Origin: Promethearchaeota archaeon
GTDB taxonomy: Archaea; Asgardarchaeota; Lokiarchaeia; Sigyniarchaeales; SOKP01
Length of the DNA: 61,158 bases
Direction: 5' to 3'
Assembly (NCBI GenBank): GCA_030599585.1
Contig: JAUVNS010000021.1
Span: forward strand, 1-61,158
Shown here: piece after piece, positions 1 to 9,329 of the stretch
How positions within the stretch are numbered: position 1 is the first letter of the stretch
Layout of the letters: the number at the start of each line of letters is the position of its first letter
Position numbers and translations under genes: made by a program
The notes under the pieces: generated by a model
Databases searched by the model: none
What the model saw: the letters and a program-made list of their open reading frames with translations, nothing else
Told to the model about the DNA's origin: nothing

Positions 1-438
1 ATCGTTGTCAGCATCTGTTGCGGTAAAAGTAAAGGAATGAGTCCAAGGATCGCTCGGCACAGCGTAAGTAACCGTTGATAAGCCCGCTATTCCGGAAGGA
101 TCTGTAGCAATGAATATGACTGTTCCTGGATCTTCGTCTGTAAAAGCTCCTGTGTATTCATAGGTAATGGTAGGAAGATCTTGATCGTCGTCTTCAATTA
201 ATATTGAGACGGTTAACGATGCAGATAAGGAATCTCCGGGTCGATCGTTGTCAGCATCTGTTGCGGTAAAAGTAAAGGAATGAGTCCCAGGATCGCTCGG
301 CACAACGTAAGTGACCGTTGATAATCCCGCTATTCCGGAAGGATCTGTTGCAGTAAATATGACTGTTCCTGGATCTTCGTCTGTAAAAGCTCCTGTGTAC
401 TCATAGGTAATGGTAGGAAGATCTTGATCGTCGTCTTC
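1..438. repeat. Intragenic tandem repeat, 243-bp period (1-195 matches 244-438)
   Basis: Near-identical DNA copies: atcgttgtcagcatctgttgcggtaaaagtaaagg begins at 1 and at 244. Each period encodes an 81-aa domain. Confidence 0.95.
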
Positions 439-1917
439 TATAACAAGGGAATCTTGAACCGCCGATTCCTCTTGATCTATTTCTCCTCTATCTCTATCTG
501 CGTCTTTAGCTGAAACGGTTATCACGTGTTGTCCAAGAGAATTTGGCACTTCCACGCTTTTATAATAACTATTAGAGTAACCGACGAAATGATCTACTTC
601 GATACCGTCAACTCTAATTGTTACTTCTCCGACTCCGCTCGTATCGTGTACGTACACATCCCACGTACCAGGATTTCCATCAAAATAGTTCCCCACATGA
701 TTTATGATAATCGACGGTACTATTCTATCGTCGTCAATAACGGTAAATGTTTTAAGGAATGTTCTTGAAATATCGTCGTTCGGTCTATCGTTATCTAGGT
801 CTCCGAAAGTAACGCTATAAGAATGCTGTCCAAGCGTCCGTGGATTGGGAAATACTATAGAAAACTCTCTAGCTCTTGGAAACAATGCCGGGGCCCAGGG
901 ACTAAGAGAAGCGTATCTTATTTGCCCATCTCCAAGATCTCCGTAAACATAATTGATACCTGAGTCAATATCGGTCACGACCCCTTTAACCTGAACCGTG
1001 GAATGGGAATCGTATATAATAAGTGGAGAAGTGAACGGCTGAATTATGAAAAAGGGAGGCGCGACGTCATCGTCTATGATACTAATAGGTTCAATAGGCT
1101 CATACCATTTTCCTTCAAAAATCCCATGATAATAATACAAATAATTGAATTCAAAGTTTAAGTCGGGCTTTCTCACCCACTTTCCTCCAAACGCAGCCCA
1201 TATATCATAGAAATACCATTCGAGCTTCACATTTATCTTGACCCACGGATCGACAAAATCTGGATCCATCCAGAAATTGATTTCTGGGACTTCTAGAGAG
1301 AGTAAAATATATCTTACATCACCCACCCACGATTTTCCGCTCGTGTGACCTTGGTAATGCGGATCTTTTACTTCATTCGCTTGAAGCTGGTATTGATACG
1401 AGTGTTGGTTTAGATCTTCGTTTCGATCGAGATACGCGTCGATTTTTGTGACTCTATCTGATAATGACAATACACCGGGACTCATGGTGAGTCTAAACTC
1501 TTCATCGTTGTTGCTCAACAATGTTACGCCAACTTCTGGACGGTAAAGGTCTGGAAAACCCACCTTCGGAGTGTTGCGAGCCGTCATGATTTTTGCTTCT
1601 TCTAAGGAAAGCGTTCCGTTCTCGTACCCCCATAACGCAATGGCGTGATCGTGAATTATTTCCTTGTTCAAATCAGATAAAAAGTCGTAATCGTTCATAG
1701 AAACGTTAAACATGTCTAGAATCCTATTACGATACGCGATATAGTCGCTTGTGGAGTTGTCTGCGTCAGATGCCAGCGGATTTTCTGCGACAATCTGCAC
1801 TGGGTTGTTTTCACCTAGAACTGTCTGATTGTCGTTAGAATTAAAAGCAACTGTGAATACAATGAATACTACTAATGCTGCGCTGAGTGTTATTACGTAC
1901 TTATTTATTTGTTTCAT
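1..1917 (-). CDS. Large secreted/surface protein with tandem ~81-aa Ig-like repeats (partial; runs off the window start)
   Basis: Not in the ORF track because its stop lies outside the window. Manual translation from ATG 1917 gives MKQINKYVITLSAALVVFIVFTVAF (signal/anchor) and stays open to base 1. It contains repeated acidic beta-rich units (IEDDDQDLPTITYEYTGAFTDEDPGTVIF..TDPSG..HSFTFTATDADND). Confidence 0.85.
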   Translation of the reverse strand, partial: MKQINKYVITLSAALVVFIVFTVAFNSNDNQTVLGENNPVQIVAENPLASDADNSTSDYIAYRNRILDMFNVSMNDYDFLSDLNKEIIHDHAIALWGYENGTLSLEEAKIMTARNTPKVGFPDLYRPEVGVTLLSNNDEEFRLTMSPGVLSLSDRVTKIDAYLDRNEDLNQHSYQYQLQANEVKDPHYQGHTSGKSWVGDVRYILLSLEVPEINFWMDPDFVDPWVKINVKLEWYFYDIWAAFGGKWVRKPDLNFEFNYLYYYHGIFEGKWYEPIEPISIIDDDVAPPFFIIQPFTSPLIIYDSHSTVQVKGVVTDIDSGINYVYGDLGDGQIRYASLSPWAPALFPRAREFSIVFPNPRTLGQHSYSVTFGDLDNDRPNDDISRTFLKTFTVIDDDRIVPSIIINHVGNYFDGNPGTWDVYVHDTSGVGEVTIRVDGIEVDHFVGYSNSYYKSVEVPNSLGQHVITVSAKDADRDRGEIDQEESAVQDSLVIEDDDQDLPTITYEYTGAFTDEDPGTVIFTATDPSGIAGLSTVTYVVPSDPGTHSFTFTATDADNDRPGDSLSASLTVSILIEDDDQDLPTITYEYTGAFTDEDPGTVIFIATDPSGIAGLSTVTYAVPSDPWTHSFTFTATDADND

Positions 1918-1953
1918 TTAATTTTCCTCTTTGTATTTTTATTTTTTTAATAA

Positions 1954-2156
1954 ATTGAATTTCTATTGAATTTCTATTGAATTTCAGTAATATAAAAACC
2001 TATTAGGACTGAAATTTTACAAAAAAAAAAAAAAAAAGAAATTAGCCCTCTATTTTTAATTCTCTCCTTTACTACGAATAAAATTAAATTATCCTTAGCA
2101 AGATTGATATTTTTCCCAAGAATTTAAAAGTATTAGGACTGAATTTTTACAAAAAA
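1954..2156. promoter_or_regulatory. Divergent promoter region with an 11-bp tandem repeat and a duplicated 26-bp motif
   Basis: (attgaatttct)x~3 at 1954-1985; tattaggactgaaWttttacaaaaaa at 2001-2026 and 2131-2156. Lies between the surface-protein gene and a wHTH gene. Confidence 0.5.
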
Positions 2157-2223
2157 CTATATTTTTATATTTGAATAGCGCAAATATCTATCTACTACTA
2201 CTAGTGGATAAAATTAGTTATAA

Positions 2224-2982
2224 ATGTCAAATTTAAATCTAGCACTTTCATTAACATTGAATCATCCAAGCGTACAAAGTGTAATAGAGATTGCTAAAGA
2301 GGTAATAAATAATCACAATGTGTTAGATACAGACCTACTTTATCGGTTGGCAAAAAGACGATTAAAATTCCCCAGAAAAGGGCTCCTAAGCATCATACAA
2401 TTTCTGATTAATAAAAAAGTGTTAGTTGAGGGATCAAAATATACCAGAGATGAAGTTCTTAATAATAAGTATAGATTTCATCTTTATAGATTTTTAACAT
2501 CCTATTTAGGAGCTCACTTTTCATCAATTAGAAAACAAATCATAACAGATAATCGTGGCACCTTGGGAAGTTCCGGCCAGTTGATATGGCATTTGGAAAT
2601 GCTTATCAAATTTAATTACATTAAAAAGATTAAAATTAAAAATTACACTGTCTTTCTTCCGTACGAGATTGATGACGAAATTGGTTTACTTCATTTTGTT
2701 TTACACAATGAAATATACCTAAAAATTATCCAACTACTAATAAGTAATGCAAAACTGAAAAAAAGTGAAGTCCATAAATTGATAAATGAAAAAAGAGAGA
2801 CTATTTACTATCGAATTAATAACCTTATCGAGTTTAATATTATTGAGTCAAGTGGAGATAATAATTCTCTCAGTCTTAATTCCCATAAGAAAAATGATAT
2901 AATCTCAATAATAAAAGCAAATTTGCAGAACAAATCCCAAAATAGAAAATTTAATTACACTAGCAAGGAGGTAAAGAATTAA
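2224..2982 (+). CDS. Tandem winged-helix transcriptional regulator (COG3398-like)
   Basis: Several HTH-like segments: GAHFSSIRK..GQLIWHLEMLIKFNYI and KKSEVHKLINEKRETIYYRINNLIEFNII. Confidence 0.7.
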   Translation: MSNLNLALSLTLNHPSVQSVIEIAKEVINNHNVLDTDLLYRLAKRRLKFPRKGLLSIIQFLINKKVLVEGSKYTRDEVLNNKYRFHLYRFLTSYLGAHFSSIRKQIITDNRGTLGSSGQLIWHLEMLIKFNYIKKIKIKNYTVFLPYEIDDEIGLLHFVLHNEIYLKIIQLLISNAKLKKSEVHKLINEKRETIYYRINNLIEFNIIESSGDNNSLSLNSHKKNDIISIIKANLQNKSQNRKFNYTSKEVKN

Positions 2983-4290
2983 ATGACATTGAATCTGACA
3001 CCTGAAGTTATTACTGATTTTACCCTAACTACTATTGGAATTGTATTCACGATAATAACTTACATAAAACCAAAAACTAAGAAACTTACGTCATTAAACT
3101 ATATTAGGTTAGCAATCTTTACTTTTAGCGTCTTTATTTTTTTTGATGGACTATCTATCCTCTATGTGAGTAAGTTTTTAGGCGTAATTACTGGTTTTAT
3201 CTTAATCCCATTAACTCTCTCACTTGTCATTGGTGTAAGGTACAGCACTAGTGAAAGTTTTTATTCCCATGGATTTATCGTAGTAGTGGGATTGAGTGTG
3301 CTACTCTTTTACCTTGGTTTTCAACCAAATGCCATTATTATCCAGATTCAAGAAGGAAATATATGGTTAGTTTGGACTGGTCTATTTAGTATCATTGCAA
3401 TGATACTTACTGCCATAACTTTAGTGTATATATTTTATTGGGGAATTAAAACTCTTAAGAATGCTCCATTTTTGATTAAAAAAGAGGCTTATTTGTTCTT
3501 CCTAGGAATTTTCTTTAGCTCGGTTGTAGCGATGGGTTTTTACATATTATATTTATTCGACCCTTTTTATATTCTACCATCTAATATTGCTCTATTGGTT
3601 GGTCTCGTAATCATAACTTTATCAGTAATAATTGAACCCAAATTGCTCTATATTTTACCTTTTACAGTTTATAGGATCGTTGTGAAAGATCGCGAGGGAT
3701 ATCCTTTATTTGATCACGATTGGTCGAAATCAGAAATAAGTGAAAATCTCTTCACGGGGTTTATAAATGCCATACAACTTATGAGCGAAGAAATTATGAA
3801 TATTGGAGGTTTGCTCGACATCCAGTTAAAAGATGGGATTCTAATTTTGCATGGTTCTGAAAATATTACAGTTGGATTAATAACCTCGAAATCGTCCAAG
3901 CTACTCAGCTCTTCTGTAACCAATTTTACGCGAGATTTTGAAAATAAATTTGAAAAAAACCTAAAAGAAGGAAATAAAGATATGGTAGAATATGAAAGCG
4001 CTCATGAATTAATTGAGAAGCACTTTTCTAACTTCCCTTCCAGAATAATTACTAACAAGAGAAAACCTTTACTTTTAACGGAAAAATTGTTAAGACTCCC
4101 TTTGGCATTAGATAATGCCCTTAAAACAATTTTCAAAGATGAAAAAGAATATAATTTCATCAAATCTGAAATATATCGCACTCCAGAAAGCACCGCAGCA
4201 GGATTTATCTCATTATATAAAGAATTAAAAAAGGAATTAGAAGAAAAAGATAAGTTGAACAGAGTTAACAATAGAAAATCTATTCCATAA
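2983..4290 (+). CDS. 7-TM membrane protein with C-terminal longin/roadblock-like cytoplasmic domain
   Basis: Seven hydrophobic segments in aa 8-217, then IVVKDREGYPLFDHDW..LFTGFINAIQLMSEEI..ITVGLIT..FTRDFENKF, which fits a longin/profilin-like pattern. Confidence 0.7.
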   Translation: MTLNLTPEVITDFTLTTIGIVFTIITYIKPKTKKLTSLNYIRLAIFTFSVFIFFDGLSILYVSKFLGVITGFILIPLTLSLVIGVRYSTSESFYSHGFIVVVGLSVLLFYLGFQPNAIIIQIQEGNIWLVWTGLFSIIAMILTAITLVYIFYWGIKTLKNAPFLIKKEAYLFFLGIFFSSVVAMGFYILYLFDPFYILPSNIALLVGLVIITLSVIIEPKLLYILPFTVYRIVVKDREGYPLFDHDWSKSEISENLFTGFINAIQLMSEEIMNIGGLLDIQLKDGILILHGSENITVGLITSKSSKLLSSSVTNFTRDFENKFEKNLKEGNKDMVEYESAHELIEKHFSNFPSRIITNKRKPLLLTEKLLRLPLALDNALKTIFKDEKEYNFIKSEIYRTPESTAAGFISLYKELKKELEEKDKLNRVNNRKSIP

Positions 4291-4343
4291 TCCATTAAAT
4301 GAAGTATAAAAAAACTTAAATTTTTTATTCCTTTGAATAATAT

Positions 4344-4682
4344 ATGCCAGATGAATTTGATTTTCATAAGTACAAATCTATGGACGAATATAGCAAAACA
4401 ATGGAGGGATCAAAATATTTGCACGATTTATATTTAAAAGCGGTTAATCACCCCGTAAGGCGAGAAATTTTAGAAATTGTTAATAAAACAAAGAAAATTT
4501 CCAAGAAAGAGCTTCTCAAAAAGCTAATAGATTCTAAGGTCATTAAAGACGAAAATCAATTGATTTATAACGTTGATTATTTACTCAAAGCGTTTTGTAT
4601 CAGTTCAATTAAAGACAGTGATGACGGTGAAATTTTCTATGAAATTACTCAAAGCGGGAAAGTAGTAGAATATTTTGAATAA
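4344..4682 (+). CDS. ArsR-like winged-helix protein
   Basis: KAVNHPVRREILEIV...YEITQSGK. Confidence 0.75.
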   Translation: MPDEFDFHKYKSMDEYSKTMEGSKYLHDLYLKAVNHPVRREILEIVNKTKKISKKELLKKLIDSKVIKDENQLIYNVDYLLKAFCISSIKDSDDGEIFYEITQSGKVVEYFE

Positions 4683-4745
4683 TACCTTGTTTAAAATCTC
4701 TACTTAACTTATTTTAGCAATTATTACCGAGTATCAAAAAAGTAG

Positions 4746-6029
4746 CTATAAAAAATCAATACTTTTTTCTTTACTAGAAAAAAGATCATTTTCAATTTGT
4801 TGCGTTAATCTTCTAATTTTCATAACTTTTGAAGACGCAAAGTACTCAAAATCGAAATCTACGACATCCCCAGCGTTTCTATCAGGGATCGGCATGAGTC
4901 GAGCCGTCAAAGGTTTATTTAAATTTAAAGAAATCGTACAAAGATCTAGTAAAATATAAAACAACTCTTTTTCTGTTATATCGCCAGGTAACGGAACACA
5001 ATCTAATCCTGTTCCACACATTGTTGCATATAGGAGCAAAGTATCTAAGTTAAAGTTGTTTTCTGATAAACTTTTAGCTATTGTATAATCTTCAAGAACA
5101 GAGGGCATAAATCCAGAGAATCCAATGACTTTCTTCTTTTTTGGAATAGCTTTTTTTATCAAAGCTACGCCAATTAGCGATCCAGGAGCCCCAAAATATT
5201 CAAAATTCAACTTTTCGAAGGCAGTCCCTATGCTTTTTTTAACTGTAGGATAGGGCGCTGGGGAAAAATCTATACCTTTGAATTCGATATTATATTTGTT
5301 TGCAACATCCTCACAGATACCAACTAAATTGTCGTAAATTTCGTTAAATCTTATTGTTAATTTTTTATATGCCTCTCCGATACTTTTTGAACTTTCAAAA
5401 ACATCCACGACTTCATCAGCCATTTCCAAAGCTAGTCCAACTGAAGGATTTTCTGAAATGTGATAAGCTGCAGGGAAAAAAGGAGTGTCGGGGGAAACAT
5501 TAGAACTGACGCAAAAATTCAAATTTTTAAAAGGATCGGGAATAGATAATGATTTGATAATTTTGGCACTAGAACGAAGAGCTGATAAATTAATTCCATT
5601 TTCCTTGGACGCTACATGAATAGAAGTAAAGAACTTCTCTCTCCGCTTAATAAAATTAGGTACTTCGTTTAATAATAGTTTCTCATAAATCCCATATTTT
5701 TGTATTTGTTCGTCCGCCATTACAGCGCAGGAAGCAAAATAATCAAATTCGTATTTTGATATGATTCTCTCTGTAATTTGAAGTTGATCGTGGATTCTTG
5801 TAATGGTTTCATTTAAATTTTTAGAATAAAATTGCTGTTCGTACGATAAAATTGGCTGAGAGCACAATCTTTTCGTTTGTACTTCAATTTCTTTCTCGTT
5901 GAGCCTTTCAATAAGTTCATAATTGAAAGAGTAAAAATTTTGAAGATTGCGTTCCATTAATTCTTCAAGTTCTTTATCTTCTATCAAATATGGGATTTTG
6001 GTTCCAACGGTAATAGCTCGAACTTTCAT
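4746..6029 (-). CDS. DUF711 family protein
   Basis: MKVRAIT start, PFFPAAYH, GIDFSPAP, GFSGFMPSVLED, MCGTGLDCVPLPGD, KPLTARLMP. Confidence 0.85.
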   Translation of the reverse strand: MKVRAITVGTKIPYLIEDKELEELMERNLQNFYSFNYELIERLNEKEIEVQTKRLCSQPILSYEQQFYSKNLNETITRIHDQLQITERIISKYEFDYFASCAVMADEQIQKYGIYEKLLLNEVPNFIKRREKFFTSIHVASKENGINLSALRSSAKIIKSLSIPDPFKNLNFCVSSNVSPDTPFFPAAYHISENPSVGLALEMADEVVDVFESSKSIGEAYKKLTIRFNEIYDNLVGICEDVANKYNIEFKGIDFSPAPYPTVKKSIGTAFEKLNFEYFGAPGSLIGVALIKKAIPKKKKVIGFSGFMPSVLEDYTIAKSLSENNFNLDTLLLYATMCGTGLDCVPLPGDITEKELFYILLDLCTISLNLNKPLTARLMPIPDRNAGDVVDFDFEYFASSKVMKIRRLTQQIENDLFSSKEKSIDFL

Positions 6030-6056
6030 AATTTTTCGATTAAAATGTTTTCATCT

Positions 6057-8456
6057 TTATAATTCATTTAATTTTGCTTTTTTTTTCTCCTTTTTGAGTT
6101 CGCTAACATATGGTTTTTGAAATTCTCCCGGTTTTATTGGTCCTAATTTTTCAAGTTCAATTTTAAAATCTGACACAACCTGTGCGAATTTTTCACCTTC
6201 TCCAGCAGAAATACTCTCTATCTTCACGCGATTTTCATTTAACCCAGCCTCACCGAGGATTTCTCTAATACTTTCGTATCTAGTGGCTGCTTTTATAAAT
6301 CCCGTATCGTAGTGGCAATCTTGTGGGTGGCAACCTGCAATCAATACTCCATCGGCTCCATTGAAAAAAGCTTCAAATACTAATGAGGGGTTCAACATAG
6401 CAGTACACATAACCCTTATTGATCTAACATTGGTAGGATAGTTAATTTTGCTTGTTCCAGCCAGATCTGCTCCCATGTAAGAACACCAATTGCAAAGGAA
6501 TGCTACAATTAATGGATATTCAGATTTTTCGCCCAAAATCGTATTGATTTGAGCGCTTATCTGTTTTTTAGTAAAGCCAGGAATATATAACGCATCAGTA
6601 TGACACATCGCTGCGCATGCTCCACATCCCGTGCAATTCGCATTAGTGATATTTAATTTATTATTTTCTATTTTTAAAGCATTATATATACATATATCCT
6701 CACAAAGTCTGCATAAATCACATTCATTTGAATTAAAGTATACGATATGAGGATCAAGTTCGATATGCTCTTTGGACATTAACGCAATTGCTTTTGCTGC
6801 TGCACTTTCTGCGTGAGCTATACTATTGGGAATGTCCTTAGGACCTTGAATAGCTCCTGCTAAAAATATACCACTTACGGAAGTTTCCGAAGGCTTTATC
6901 TTAAGATGCTTTTCTAATAGAAATCCATATGAGCCTTGAGAAATGTTAAGTAATTGACTTAATTCTTCTGTGTTTTCAGCAGGTTCAATTCCAACAGCCA
7001 AAACGACGAGATCAGCCTTATTTTCAAAAAGCCTATCATCTATTACGTCCTCACCACGAATCAATAATTCACCAGTCTCAGATAAGTCGTCTTTAATAAC
7101 GGCAGAGATATTACTCTTTACAAATCTAATACCAAAAACTTCTTGGGCGCGGTTAAAAAACTCTTCACAATTTTTTCCAACTGCTCGTATGTCGTTATAA
7201 TATATGTTAATTTCAATATCGGGATGCTCCTTCTTCAACAGTACGGCTTGTTTAATTGAAACGTTACAACATACTTGACTACAATAATCATGGTGAATCG
7301 CCCTATTTCGCGAGCCTACACATAGAATAAACGAAACTCTTGTAGGTATTTCCCCATTAGAAGGTCTCACGATCTTTCCATGCGTCGGTCCATCGTTATT
7401 TAACAAACGTTCAACTTGCATGGTTGTAACTACATCCAGATATTTTTGATAATTAAATTCACCAAGCAAACTAGGGTCAAATGTTTTCAACCCTGTAGCC
7501 GTTATTATGGTTCCAACTTCAAATTCGATATCTATGGATTTTTGTTCGAAATCAATTGCTTCGCGATCACAAGCTTGGGCACACGCTTTACATCCAATGC
7601 AATACTCCTCTATTATGTTTGGAATGAGAGGAATCGCTTGGGGATAAACTACATCTATCGCTTTTCTAGGAAAGTATGTGTCTTCAACATCAATTGGACA
7701 AACATCTCTACATAAATTGAAACAACCAACGCAAGTCTCTTCGTTAACAAACCGTGGCTGTTTCTTAACTCTTACAGTGAAATTTCCGACATATCCATCA
7801 ACGCTTTCTAGGATACTATGAGTCAATAACTCAATATTTGGATGATCTTTAACTTCTAACATCAGTGGTCCAAGAATACATATGGAACAATCTAATGTAG
7901 GAAAGGTCTTGTCAAATAGAGCCATTTTGCCTCCAATTGTTAAATCTCTTTCCACTAAATGAACCTTATAGCCGGCATCTGCTATAACTAATGAGGCTTT
8001 AATCCCGGCAATTCCACCTCCGATAATTAAAGCTGAAGGATTTACTTTTGCTAGTTGAACCTCTAATGGTTCGAGAAGTTTAACTTGCTCTATTGCCATA
8101 TTTATTTGATCTATTGCTTTCGTTGTAGCTTTCTCAGGACTATCGTCATGTACCCACGAATTTTGTTCTCTAATATTTGCAAAAGATATTAAATATCGAT
8201 TGATACCCGCTTTTTCTATCGTTTTTCTAAACAAAAATCCATGCAATTTAAAAGAACACGCAGCAATTACAACTCGGTCGATCTCTTGTTCTTTTATCTC
8301 GCTTGTAATTTTATTTAAGCCTAATTCTGCACATAAATATGGATCTCCTATCACATGAACATCGGGGTACTCTTTAAAGTGGTCTATTAATTTGCTATTG
8401 TCAATTACTCCGCTAATGTTCTTACCACAATCGCAGACGAACAAGCCAATTTTCAA
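6057..8456 (-). CDS. hdrA: Heterodisulfide reductase subunit A fused to a C-terminal MvhD domain
   Basis: FVCDCG N-terminus, NIREQNSWVH, GGGIAG FAD motif, KTFPTLDCSIC, two ferredoxin inserts, CVGSR..CSQVCC, GPKDIP. The C-terminal FLCNWCSY.GADLAG..RVMC..GCHPQDCHY is MvhD. TTG start. Confidence 0.95.
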   Translation of the reverse strand: MKIGLFVCDCGKNISGVIDNSKLIDHFKEYPDVHVIGDPYLCAELGLNKITSEIKEQEIDRVVIAACSFKLHGFLFRKTIEKAGINRYLISFANIREQNSWVHDDSPEKATTKAIDQINMAIEQVKLLEPLEVQLAKVNPSALIIGGGIAGIKASLVIADAGYKVHLVERDLTIGGKMALFDKTFPTLDCSICILGPLMLEVKDHPNIELLTHSILESVDGYVGNFTVRVKKQPRFVNEETCVGCFNLCRDVCPIDVEDTYFPRKAIDVVYPQAIPLIPNIIEEYCIGCKACAQACDREAIDFEQKSIDIEFEVGTIITATGLKTFDPSLLGEFNYQKYLDVVTTMQVERLLNNDGPTHGKIVRPSNGEIPTRVSFILCVGSRNRAIHHDYCSQVCCNVSIKQAVLLKKEHPDIEINIYYNDIRAVGKNCEEFFNRAQEVFGIRFVKSNISAVIKDDLSETGELLIRGEDVIDDRLFENKADLVVLAVGIEPAENTEELSQLLNISQGSYGFLLEKHLKIKPSETSVSGIFLAGAIQGPKDIPNSIAHAESAAAKAIALMSKEHIELDPHIVYFNSNECDLCRLCEDICIYNALKIENNKLNITNANCTGCGACAAMCHTDALYIPGFTKKQISAQINTILGEKSEYPLIVAFLCNWCSYMGADLAGTSKINYPTNVRSIRVMCTAMLNPSLVFEAFFNGADGVLIAGCHPQDCHYDTGFIKAATRYESIREILGEAGLNENRVKIESISAGEGEKFAQVVSDFKIELEKLGPIKPGEFQKPYVSELKKEKKKAKLNEL

Positions 8457-8587
8457 TTTAAACCCTCAAATGTATATTAAATTTTTACGAACCTATGAGT
8501 ACTATAAAATGATGTTTATATTAATTGTTCCTAATATATGAGTAAAATTAATTTTAACCATTGTTTAGAAAAAGGTTTTTGCAGTAT

Positions 8588-9205
8588 TTACTTATTTAGC
8601 ATATCTTTTGATAAAAAAGGGTACACTTTAAAGATATTAAAATCGTTTTGTCTCATCTTAAAAAAATATTCTTTCTCCATTTCGTACTCTTTAGTAGCCC
8701 AATCTAAGATTTCTTCTTTTGAGTAATGCTTTCCCTTTAATGTGTTTAATCCGGGACATTTTTTAGCGTACTCTATAAAATTTTTTCGGCTAGAAACTAA
8801 CATATGCCAAAATGGAAAGCAAATGCATTGAAATGGTCTGTTTTCGTGCACAATACACTTATTATCCTTTAAAAATTGGCAATGCTCGTCGTCTCCAGTA
8901 AATTTCAGTCCTATATTTTTGAATTTATAGGTCTTTCCTCTTTCTTCTCCAAGCTCCTTCCAAAAAAAAGTATCGTTAATAATTCTAAGATATTTTTTCG
9001 CAAACTTCTTTAATCCCGAATTGCTTGAGATGTGTAAGAACTCAGATAAACGATCAATGTCGTCCGGATATAAGTATACTTCCCCTTCGTGGAATCCTCT
9101 GCAGCACGAACCACACATTTGACATGAAAATTCAATGCCATTCTCAAGGGATTTTGATAATTTTATGTCTGACGATGTCAACGTAACGTTAAATCCGTTT
9201 TCCAA
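8588..9205 (-). CDS. YkgJ-family cysteine-cluster protein (CxxCxxCC)
   Basis: FSCQMCGSCC, CQFL...CIVHENRPFQCICFPFW. Confidence 0.9.
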   Translation of the reverse strand: MENGFNVTLTSSDIKLSKSLENGIEFSCQMCGSCCRGFHEGEVYLYPDDIDRLSEFLHISSNSGLKKFAKKYLRIINDTFFWKELGEERGKTYKFKNIGLKFTGDDEHCQFLKDNKCIVHENRPFQCICFPFWHMLVSSRKNFIEYAKKCPGLNTLKGKHYSKEEILDWATKEYEMEKEYFFKMRQNDFNIFKVYPFLSKDMLNK

Positions 9206-9329
9206 TAAAATGTTGATGTAATAAGGTAGTGAGTTAAATTAATATTTTAATATTAATTCATTGATTATTCTATGAAAGAAGTAAAAACTAATCAAAATTT
9301 TGAACAGAGCTTAGGGTTCTAACCTCCTC

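Noticed and set aside
526-768. 80-aa + strand ORF
   Set aside because: Antisense shadow of the large minus-strand surface-protein gene.
2020-2040. Poly-A/T tracts (also about 16280, 45930, 60040-60075)
   Set aside because: Typical low-complexity archaeal terminators or intergenic tracts; possibly affected by homopolymer error.
6057-8456. Selenoprotein HdrA/MvhD
   Set aside because: The ORF is uninterrupted, with Cys at the motif positions.
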